From NCBI RefSeq assembly GCF_009914755.1, contig NC_060935.1: DNA of 64,000 bases. One strand, 5' to 3'. This DNA is from the human T2T-CHM13v2.0 reference genome, Homo sapiens. Position numbers and translations under genes: made by a program. Below the pieces are notes generated by a model. It was not told the DNA's origin and did no database searches. It worked only from the letters and a program-made list of their open reading frames with translations. Positions within the stretch are counted from its first letter, which is position 1, and the number at the start of each line of letters is the position of its first letter. Below, one piece after another: positions 27,000 through 37,827 of the stretch.

Positions 27000-27220
27000 C
27001 CACACCTAGCTCTACTTTTTTCTATAATTATCACACTGTTCAATATAATATGTAATTAATTTATTTATTATGATTATTGTTTGCCTTTATGAGGACACTG
27101 GCTAGAATATACCACCTTCCAAGGTAAGGAATATTTGCCTCTCTTTTTAAAGTGATGTGTCTCCAGTTCCTAGCACATAACAGGTGCTTATTGATATTTG
27201 TTGAAAAAATAGTCAGTGAA
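27000..27220 (+). mobile_element. L2 3' end
   Basis: cctagcacataacaggtgcttattgatatttgttgaa. Confidence 0.65.
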
Positions 27221-27359
27221 TAGCATAAGGCAAGATAATGGAAATTCTTAAATTTGAAAAATGGTTTTGGATCATTATAGATTTAGTTCTTTGGAATTAG
27301 GCTAGGATTTATCACCGTTTTCTATGTGATCACTGGCTAAGTTCAGCATAATTAAAGTT

Positions 27360-27550
27360 ACTAATGTTTATATATAATGCTTACTATGAACCAGGTACTA
27401 TTGTAATAACCCTGTGAGATAGGTATCATTATTATCTTTATTTTCCAGGGGAAGAAATGAAAGCACAATGAGATTAGTTAACGTGCTTAAAGTCATAGCA
27501 CTAGTAAGTATTGGTCCTATGATTCAATGACCAGGCTCTTGACTCCTGAC
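27360..27550 (-). mobile_element. MIR SINE
   Basis: aaccctgtgagataggtatcattattatc...gaaatgaaagcaca. Confidence 0.7.
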
Positions 27551-28505
27551 TTCACAGCATTGACATGAGCATTGAATAGGATGTATAAAGAATCTAGAAG
27601 ACTTTGTTTTGGATATGAAAAGTATTCCATATTGATTCTTTCCTAAACGTTCTATGCTTCTATGCTGCATCTACTCTAGTCCTATGATTTCTTATTAATT
27701 CTATCTATCTTTCATCTATCTATCCATCTGTTTTTGACATTAAGGCTTATGTACTAAGCAATTAACACATAGTGCCAACACTAAAGAGGTTTTTATGTTG
27801 ATAATCTAATAAATCTAGTAGTAGCACAATTGACTGTTTTTTGCAGTTCTTGGGTCAGCTTCCAAGCCTAGCTGTGGTGGCCATGAGGGGATGAAATGAG
27901 ATTCAGGAGCTTATTTGAGTGATTATAGGAAATCACCTAACCAGGCTCATAATCTAATGATTCAATCATCTCAACTCTGGGAATTTGAGTTATGTTCCTT
28001 AGGCCAGTAACCAGAATAAAAAGTATGAAAATTTCAAACAGTGGAAAGATTTCTGTGAGTAAGGAAATTTCTTTGAACTAGACTGATGAAAACATTAAGA
28101 GGTCCATGAAGCTACTCCTTTGAGACAGAGTATAGAGAATAAAATGGCATGTGCAGAGATTAATCTCTGCACTAACCATGTGCAAAGTTTTAAAAATCAA
28201 TGATTTGTGCAGCATTGGGGTTTAAAGAAGAGATGGTAACATATGGTATGGGAATAGTGATTCTTCTAGATCCTTCTACCATACCTGTTAGCTGTGGTTA
28301 TGGTAAGCCTCAGAGATTTTTCCCACTGATGCCAGATGAGGCCACATAACTTTCTGTGTGTAATGATAGCCACTGGACATTCTGTGGAAGTTCATGTGTA
28401 AGTTGTATCCATTCTTAAATTAGAATAAAGTTGTTGACAGTGCCTACCATATGTTGCATGCTGATAAAAATTATGTAGTTTATGCTGTGATGATATAATC
28501 GAGAG

Positions 28506-28641
28506 CAGTGGTTCCCAACCTTTTTGGCACCAGGGACCAGCTTTGTGGAAGACAATTTTTCCATGGATGGGGGTGTGGGGGATGGTTTTGGGATGAAAGT
28601 GTTCTATCTCAGATCATCAGGCACTAGATTCTCCTAAAGAG
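28506..28641 (+). mobile_element. MER1B (hAT-Charlie), one end only
   Basis: cagtggttcccaacctttttggcaccagggaccagctttgtggaagacaatttttcc...tcagatcatcaggcactagattctc. Confidence 0.85.
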
Positions 28642-29980
28642 TTCTAGCACAGGGGTGCTAGAGTCCTGTTATGTTTTTAAATTTTGTGCTCTGTTCCTCA
28701 TAAGCTCCATAGAATATAAAGGCTCTTTTCTGTGGTGCTTGGTGCCTGGGACTCCTGGATATTCCTCTGTGTTGGAAGCTAAGTTCTTCCCAAAGGGATG
28801 CTTTTCTTGATCTGCACTGGGATCAGAATCATGCATAACTAAGGGCCCCTCTTCTATAAGTTTTTCACTTCATTGGGTCTCAAATCTAATAAATTTGGCA
28901 TAAAACCTACAGTGTATCTACAATTATGGCCTATTCAATGATGATTAATATTCATAACTGACCATGGGCTCTGGGAATAGATAGCCTGAATACTATTACT
29001 ATCAGTATATTAAAATGAGTATATTATTTCTATTATTTTTATGCCATTAGATTCATCTTTCCATATTTTAGGGGAGAATTAAATCAGTTAATATATATAT
29101 AAAGTGCTTAGAATAGAGCATGGCACATAGGAACAGCCTGAGTCATATCTAAGTGTTGGCCATTATACTGTGTAAACTTGGACATGTTATCTAATTTCTC
29201 AAAGCTTCAGTTTGCTTAGCTGTTAAATGGTAACAATAACATATGCATTTGAATTATTGGTAAGGATTAAATTACATATTTGATGAAAAATGCTTTGTAC
29301 CACTCCAGTCACAAGGTAATTTATTAATATATTATATGTTTGTTCACTACCATAATGATAGATTTTGTGATGATAATGTGATTGCGATTATATAAGGGAA
29401 CTGAATAAACAAAACCTGAAACTCTACCTGCTTTTCCATTAAAAATGCAAAAGTTGGTTGGGGATTTGGGAAATCAATGAAACATTATTACGGCTTGTGT
29501 CTCTATGGGATGATCTTGGATGTGTATGCAATCAGATTCTCATTTTATAAAGAACAGTATGTGGCTCCAAAATCACCTAAGATTCTTCCATATTTTTTGA
29601 AGTTGTTCAAGGATGTTGATAGAAACATGGCAACTCAGTAAAGGAGGATGGGGCCTTTAAGCTAAATCCTCTGTATCTAGAAATGTGAGAAAGTAGAAGA
29701 AATCTCTCAGGTACCGAAGAACTCAGCAAGGGAAAAAAGACGTGTTAATATCATAGATGATGCCTGAGATGGTCCTAGAGTATCCCTGTGTCACTGGATG
29801 AAGCTCTGACCTAACAACTTTTCACTTTTCTCCTGGATTGTTCAGAATTTTACCTTTCCAAATTTTAATAGCACAATTATATTTTGAAAACTATACTTGA
29901 TTATGTGCTCTTAATTTTTGCTAGTTTTATAATCTTTCTAGATATTAAATCTCATACATATAACTTCATTTTAAAATTGA

Positions 29981-30159
29981 GGAACATCACACACTGGGGC
30001 CTGTCATGGGGTGGGGGGAGAGAGGAGGGATAGCATTAGGAGATATACCTAATGTAAATGACGAATTAATGGGTGCAGCGCACCAACATGGCACATGTAT
30101 ACATATGTAACAAACCTGTACATTGTGCACATGTACCCTAGAACTTAAAGTAATAAAAA
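29981..30159 (+). mobile_element. L1PA 3'UTR fragment
   Basis: gggatagcattaggagatatacctaatgtaaatgacg...gtaccctagaacttaaagta. Confidence 0.92.
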
Positions 30160-30440
30160 CCATTATTTATTCCTATATATGTTTACAATATAGTACTTTA
30201 AAAAATAAACAATATTTTCAACCTTGACAAAAAATTTATCCAACGGACACTATCACTGATGCCAATAAACCAGTTCTCTCATCTTTGCAGATAAAGTGTC
30301 TAGTTGGGTTAATGTTCTTATTTCCTCATTATTGAAAGTAACTTGTAAGAACCTCATGAAGATCTGTGCAGATAGTACAGATGCATAACAAAGAGATGAT
30401 GATTTTTGATTTCACTTTTATAAGGGGTTTCTCCTTCCTA

Positions 30441-30442
<2 letters not shown>

Positions 30443-30480
<38 letters not shown>
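30443..30480. repeat. (AC)19 perfect microsatellite
   Basis: Directly visible. Confidence 0.97.
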
Positions 30481-30483
<3 letters not shown>

Positions 30484-31701
30484 GACTTTTAGAAAATATC
30501 TATGAAGCAACAGCCATGCCATGATTGTTGGAATAATAAAGAAAAATAAATCAATCTCCCAAAAAGTAATCATTTTGGAAGAAAAAGAAAAGAAGACATT
30601 TTGTTAAATAATAGTACCACCATCTCTTGTAACCTTAATTGAATGATTCAACTAAGCTGGAATCTGTTTTATTTTATTACATGACCTTAGATGATGCATT
30701 TGGCCTCTTTGTAACTTTGGCTGTAGAAGAGTGACAATAATCTTGGCTTCCTTATTTGAAGGTATATTACAGATTTAATGAGTTAATTTGTATAATATAT
30801 TTAAACCAGTTAAAAGACTCTAGATTAATATAAAACTGTTACTACTATATTCTTTCTTTTTTTTCACCGTCTGTGAAGCAGAGATATATACTTATTCTAC
30901 CTATATAATGATTTGCTTGGGAAAGTTTACTAATACTAGTTTTAAATTTTAGCAGAATGTATAGGTTACTATGCATATAAATAGGTGTTTCTGTGTAATT
31001 AAAAATGCCTAAAAATAAAAATTATTTAATCCAATAACAAAAACATTGTTAAATTAAGGAGAGACATCTCTTTTCCTGAAATAGTGGATTAAAAATATGT
31101 CGCACTCATACCAAAGACGTGATTACTTCCACTTACCTTCTGGAGATTTTTCCTTTCAGCAGAACCATGTTTTTCTTAACTATGCACTTAGTCTCAGTTG
31201 AGTTAGTCACTATCAGCTTCAGCAGTGTATTCTGTGTATTCACTCTCACACTTGTGTTAGACTATTCTTGGGAGATGATGCCTTTGTGCCTTCTGAACTT
31301 CTGAGTTTTTCTTACCTGAAACCCATAAAGAGTGTCTTATTTCAGATGGCTGTGTTTTGTTTGACCTTAGACCTTTCTCTAAGATTTTCTTCCAGTGGTC
31401 TTATTTGAATCTCATATTTTATCCTAAACACCATATGGCTCCAAATAAACAAAATAAACTGAGCCTCTTCTATGTTCTTTGAAGTTACCCAGGATGCTGA
31501 TAGAGCAACGGTAGCTTACAAAAGGAAGATGGGTCTTTTAAGCTAAATACTGTGTATCCAGAACTATGGGAAAACAGAAGCAAGGTCTTGACGGTTAAAG
31601 AATTTAAAGCCCTGCCTTGCTCTTCTTCATCCACCATTTAAAAGCTTCAGTGATACCTCTAAACCAAAATCCTACAGCTGAGACCTTACAACACGTTAGA
31701 A

Positions 31702-32210
31702 AAAGGATTGTAAAACATGCTGCTATAAAGACACATGCACACGTATGTTTATTGCGGCACTATTCACAATAGCAAAGACTTGGAACCAACCCAAATGTCC
31801 AACAATGATAGACTGGATTAAGAAAATATGGCATATAAACACCATGGAATACTATGCAGCCATAAAAAATGATGAGTTCATGTCCTTTGTAGGGACATGA
31901 GAAAGCTGGAAACCATCATTCTCAGCAAACTATCGCAAGGACAAAAAACCAAACACCGAATGTTCTCACTTATAGGTGGGAATTGAACAATGAGAACACA
32001 TGGACACAGGAAGGGGAACATCACACACCAGGGCCTGTTGTGGGGTGGGGGGAGGTGGGAGGGATAGCATTTGGAGATATACCTAATGTTAAATAACGAG
32101 TTACTGGGTGCAGCACACCAACATGGCACATATATACATATGTAACAAACCTGCACGTTGTGCACACGTACCCTAAAACTTAAAGTATAATAAAAAAAAA
32201 AAAAGAAAAA
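31702..32210 (+). mobile_element. L1PA3/PA4-like 3' 0.5 kb with poly-A tail
   Basis: catgctgctataaagacacatgcacacg...ccctaaaacttaaagtataat(A)n; possible short TSD agaaaaa. Confidence 0.93.
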
Positions 32211-33479
32211 CCTGTCTTCACGGTCTTTCAAATAACTCATATCCTATTACTTAGTACTGTTCTTTGCCCAGCTTCTGAGCTCCCATGTTTTCTCAGATTC
32301 CTGGTTTTTGACTATTATATAAGTTAAGATTGTTATTACCTTGAATACTATCATTTGCTAATGAGCCTTTCTAGTTAGTAGCAATATCTTACTATTGCCA
32401 GTAACTGCCTCATCCTAGTGCGCACCAAACCAGGCCAAATGCAGTAAGTTCCTTAACCACAACTGAAGAGAGGTCGGTATGATTAAGTGCCAGTGTAAAA
32501 CATCAGTTTAAGCATCAGTGAAAGCATCAGTAATTTTTGTTTTTCCTATCTAACCTTACCTTTCCAAGTACTAATCATGAACCCTCCAGTGTATTTCTGG
32601 CGTCCTCTTCCAATAAGCCACTTCTTAGGCCAAGCATTGCTCTACATGCTTTGCATGTATTTGATCCTCATAAAATTCTGATAGTATAGATATTACATTA
32701 TCCTCTTTTTATCCATAAGGAAACTAGAGTGCATGTGGTTTAAGAAATAATGCTCAAGATTTCAGAGTTACAATGTGGTCTAGTCAGAGATATGGATCAA
32801 GCACCTTGATTCCATGATTGAAAGGCAACTAACTCTTAAAGGAGCAAAAAGAATGGGTTCCACTGTAAATGTAGTAACTCTATGCTTGTGCTCATAGAGT
32901 AGATTCTTGACATCCACCATTTAGGTAATTAAGATATCACCTCACTTGAAAGCAAAGAAGCAAGCATCTTTTTAAACCCATTTTGTTAGAGTTCTCTCTG
33001 TTTAGTTTATTTTGAAAGGAGACTCTTTAAATACAATTAGGGTCAACTCTCCTGGATTTTGAGCTTGAATAGTACGGGATTTCTAACCATTGCCTCTCTA
33101 CTCTTTCTTGGTAATATAATTACAAATCTGACATTTTCCCCCTAAAACTCAGTGTTTTTTATCATAATGACTATCTTCTGCACTCTAAGTTAAAAAAAAT
33201 ACATAATGGAGAGTCCTTATCTCAAGGAGAGAGTCTGAACACATTCTTGTTGAAGAATAGTTATAACCCATTTTGAATAGCAGTGTAGATAAGATAAAGG
33301 CAAATAATGCATATGTTCCACTACTGGCATTTTTAATATTTAATTGTTGGACTCTGGAAACATACACATCAGGACATAATTATTCTTGTGAGAGTTACTG
33401 GGAATTCTGGAATGGCTAGGGCCACAACACTAGAAATAAACAAATTCCTTGAGGAAAAAATTTCTAAAGCCTTTCTCTC

Positions 33480-35075
33480 CGGTTCACTGCAGGGTATGGT
33501 AAGTCAATTCTCTGCCCTTATCTTTTTTGATATATTTTTAACAGAGTTGATTACTCTTTCCTTTTTGATTAAAACTCTTCATTTGAATGTAATGCAAAAC
33601 ACTTCCTTAATTATTCTCCAAAAACAATGATAACCCATCCACACTCTTTGTTTATTCCTCATTATCTCCCTATTCACAAAACACAAAATGATGTATCACT
33701 CAGGCTTAGGGCCTCTCCTTTGTTTGCACCCACACCCTTGGAAATCTCAGTTAGTTACGAAAGCTGAGGATCCCCAAATTCTTATCTCTGACATGAGTTT
33801 CTTCTCTGAACTCCAGGCTCATATATTCAATCATCTATTCAAAATCACCACTTTGACCACACAGACTTAATATGTCCAAAACCAAACTTCAACTTTCCCA
33901 TATAGAGTGTGTTTTTCCAACATCTTCTCCATTTCTGTATAGAAGCTCCATTTTTTTTTTTAGTTGCTTAGGTCAAAAATTTTAGATTATTATTTTTTTA
34001 AAATCTCAACTTCTATTTCTAATCTCAGCACATCCTGTTGGCTCTATGGTCAAAATATTTCCAAATGTGAATATTCTTTCCATTCTGCTGCTCCCACTCT
34101 AATTCAGGCAACCATTTTCTGTTACCTGGATTATAGCAATCGCCTTCTAAATAATTGCACTTATTCCATTCTTTGCTTCATTTACTTATTTTTTTTTTGA
34201 GACAGGGTCCCACTCTGTCACCCAGGCTGGAGTGCAGTGTGCAGTCATGGTGCACTGCAGTCTTGACCTCCTGAGATCAAATGATCCACCCACCTCAGCC
34301 TCCCAAGTAGCTGCAACTATAGGCGTGTACTAGCATGCTCAGCTACATTTTTACATTTTGTGGAGACAGGGTATCACTATGCTGTCCTTGCTGGTTTTGA
34401 ACTCTGAGCTCAAGCGATTCTCCCACATAAGCCCCCCAAAGTTTTGTGTTTACAGGCATGAGCCACTGCACCCAGCCCATTCTTTGCTTTATCTGGCAGC
34501 CAGAGTAACTGTTATGACATTAAATTCCAATCTTCATGCTACACATTTACTTAAAAATCTTCCATGACTTTGCCTGTAAGTTATGAAATCTGAAGCTGAA
34601 AGGGTGTTTTCTAAGATCTATGCAATCTATTCCCCACCCTATATTACCTCTCTGATCTCATCTTCTATATTCTAAGTTTTACTCACTCTGTTCCAGTCAC
34701 ACTAGCCCCCTCTGACATTTTCCCAACCTGGTGCCCTTTCTAATTGTTTTTTTCTTTTCCCTAAAATACACTCTCTCAAGATATCCTCCTTTCCTCTTTG
34801 CTTAAATACCATCTTCTTAGTGAAGTTTCTCTGACATACTTTCTCTCTGGCACGCCTCCATTTTTATCCACAGTACCAACCATAATCTAACAGATTTATA
34901 ATCGGAGATTCACCTTATTTTCTTTATTTATTGCCTCCTTACTCTCATGAAAATGTAATCTGATTGAAGGAAGAGATTCAGTCTCTTATTTACTAATAAA
35001 TTCTCATCACCTAGAACATTGTTCATATAATAGATACTCAATATGCATTTGCTGGATGAATGAATAAATGAATGA
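33480..35075 (+). mobile_element. L2 LINE (long fragment, split by AluJ)
   Basis: ctctgaactccaggctcatatattcaa, cttaatatgtccaaaaccaaact, and 3' end tttgctggatgaatgaataaatgaatga. Confidence 0.75.
34179..34477 (-). mobile_element. AluJ
   Basis: gagacagggtccc...tcttgacctcctgagatcaa; TSD cattctttgctt (34167-34178 and 34478-34489). Confidence 0.92.
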
Positions 35076-36442
35076 TGGTGATGGCAGTAGAGAGAACTGC
35101 AAGACAATTTGGAAAGATATTATGGCATTGAGATCTTCCTTGAAGCCAATTTGAGAAAAATCCTACCATACAACAGGTTAATAAAAGAATTAACAAACTA
35201 TAAAGACCTTTATTTTCTTTATATTACTAGGGTCATAAGAGGCTCTAAGGATGGGAGAAGAATATCAGCACTGGTAATGTCCTCATTTGTAATTTTCAAT
35301 GCTATCACTTACAAGGTCAAATATAGTAGTTGGAGTGATTCCACTGAATGATACAATTAAAAATGCCAACTTGTTCTTCCCTTCCCAGCCAATTTGAACT
35401 TTTCAAAATACAAAGTTGATCATATCCCTTTTATGTCCAGCAATTAAAGTTTTTGATGGTATAGTAGTCTGCATGGGCTGCTATAATAAAATACCATAGA
35501 CCTGATGGCTTAAACAACAGACATTTATTTCTCCCAATTCTTGAGGCTGGAAAGTCCAAGATCAACATGCCAATCAGTTCAGTTCTTGGTGATAATCTTC
35601 TTCCTGGTTTGCAGATAGCTGCCTTCTTGCTATATCCAATACAGAAGGAGAGCAATCTCTCTCTCTCTCTTCTTTTTCTTATAAAGCATATAAACTCATC
35701 ATTAGGGTCTATATTTGTTCACTCTTGCATTGCTACAAAGAAATACCTGAGACTGGGTAATTTAAAAAGAAAAGAGATTTGATTGGCTCATGGTTCCACA
35801 GGCTATATAGGAAGCATGGTGCTGGCATCTGTTTTGTTTCTGGGGAGGCCTCAGGACACTCACATTCATGGCAGAAGGTAAAGGGGGAGCAGACACTTCA
35901 CATGGTTGGAGCAGGAGCAAGAAATACAGTGAAAGGGGAGGTGCTACAGGCTCTTAAACAACCAGATTTCATTATGAGAACAGCATTAAGGGAATGGTAA
36001 TAAACCACTTATAAGAAACACTTCCACCATTCAATCACCTCCCACCAGGCCCCAGCTCCAACACTGGGGATTATAATTCAACATAAAATTTGGTAGAGAC
36101 AGAGATCCAAACCATATCATTCCATCCTTGGCCCCTCCCAAATCTCATGTCCTTTTCACATTGCAAAACAGTATCATGTCTTTCCAATAATCCCTCCAAA
36201 GCTTAAATCATTTCAGCATTAATTGAAAAGTCTGAAGTCAAAAATCTCATCTGAGATAAGGCTAGTCTTTTCCACCTATGAGCATGAAAATTAAAAGCAT
36301 TGAGTGCTTGCAGCTTTTCCAGGTGCATAGTGCAAGTTGTCAATAGATTTACCATTCTGGGGTCTGGAGGACAGTGGCCTCTTCTCACAGCTCCACTAGG
36401 CAGTTCCCCAATGGGGACTCTGTGTGGGGGCTCCAACCCCAC

Positions 36443-36838
36443 TGTATTAGTCTATTTTCACACTGTTATAAATAACTAACTGAGACTGGGTAATTTATGA
36501 AGAAAAGAGGATTAATCGACTTACAGTTCTGAAGGCTGTACGGGAAGTATGGCTGGGAGACCTCAGGAAACTTACAATCATGGTGGAAGTGTGAAGGGGA
36601 AGATAGCATGTATTTACATGGTGGCAGGAGAGAGAGAGAGGGACGCAAAGGGGGAAGGGGGAAGTGCCACACGCTTTTGAACTATCAGATATTATGAGAA
36701 CTCACTCACTATTATGAGAACAGTAAAGGAGAAATCTGCCCCCATGATCCAATCACTTCACACCAGGTTCCTCTTCTAACCTTGGTAATTACAATGTAAC
36801 ATGAGATTTGGGTGGGGACACAGAGCCAAACAACATCG
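36443..36838 (-). mobile_element. THE1D-like solo LTR inside MST-int
   Basis: tgtattagtc...ggggacacagagccaaac; host ctccaaccccac|atttctcc resumes after it. Confidence 0.8.
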
Positions 36839-37518
36839 CATACATTTCTCCTCACAACTATCCTGGTAGAGGTTCTGAGGGCTCTGCCCCTGCAGCAGGC
36901 TTCTGTCTGGGCACCCAGGCTTTTCCATAAACCCTCTGAAATCTAGGCTGAAACTCCCAAGTTTCACTTCTTATACTCTGTGCACTCACAAGCTTAACAC
37001 CATGTGGAAGCTGCCGAAGCTTACCACTTGCACCCTCTGGAGCAGCAACCCAAGCTGTACCTGGGAACTTTTGAGCCATGGCTGGAGCTAGAGCATCTGG
37101 GATGCAAGGAGCCATGTCCTGAAGCTGCACAGGACCTTGAAGCCCTGGGCCTGGCCCTGGCCCAAGAATCCATTCTTCCCCACTAGGCCTCTTGGCCTGT
37201 AATGGGAGGGGCTACCACGAATGTCTCTGAAATGCCTTCAAGGTTTTTTCCCAATTTTTTTACTATCAGCACTTCCCTATCCTTTAGTTATGCAAATTTG
37301 TCTAGCAAGTGGATGCTCAGCAGCTGGCTTGAGTTCTCCTGAAAATGGGCTTTTCCTTTCTACCACATGACCGTGCTGCAAATTTTTCAAACTTTTATAC
37401 CCTGCTTCCCCTTTAAATATAAGTTCCAACTTCAGATAATTTCTTTGCTCATGCATATGGACATAGGTTGTTAGAAGCAGCCAGGCCAAATCTTTAATGC
37501 TTTGCTGCTTAGAAATTT

Positions 37519-37827
37519 GGCGAGGTGCAGTGGTTCATGCCCGTAATCCCAGCACTTTGGGAGGCCAAGGCAGGTGGATCACGAGGTCAGGAGATTGAGA
37601 TCATCCTGGCCAACATGGTGAAACCCTGTCTCTACTAAAAATACAAAAATTAGCTGGGCATGGTGGCATGCACCTGTAGTCCCAGTTACTCAGGAGGCTG
37701 AGGCAGGAGAATTGCTTGAACCTGGGAGGCAGATGTTGCAGTGAGCCAAGATCATGCCACTGCACTCTAGCCCGGCAACAGAGTGAGACTCTGTCCCAAA
37801 AAAAAAAAAAAAAGATAAAATATAAAA
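37519..37827 (+). mobile_element. AluS (Sc/Sg-like) inside MST-int
   Basis: Full dimer; TSD agaaattt/aggaattt. Confidence 0.95.

Noticed and set aside
29577-29676. Duplicated segment as a coding exon or snoRNA/miRNA pair
   Set aside because: Stops in all frames, substitutions not clearly synonymous-biased, and no shared C/D or H/ACA boxes or long hairpin evident
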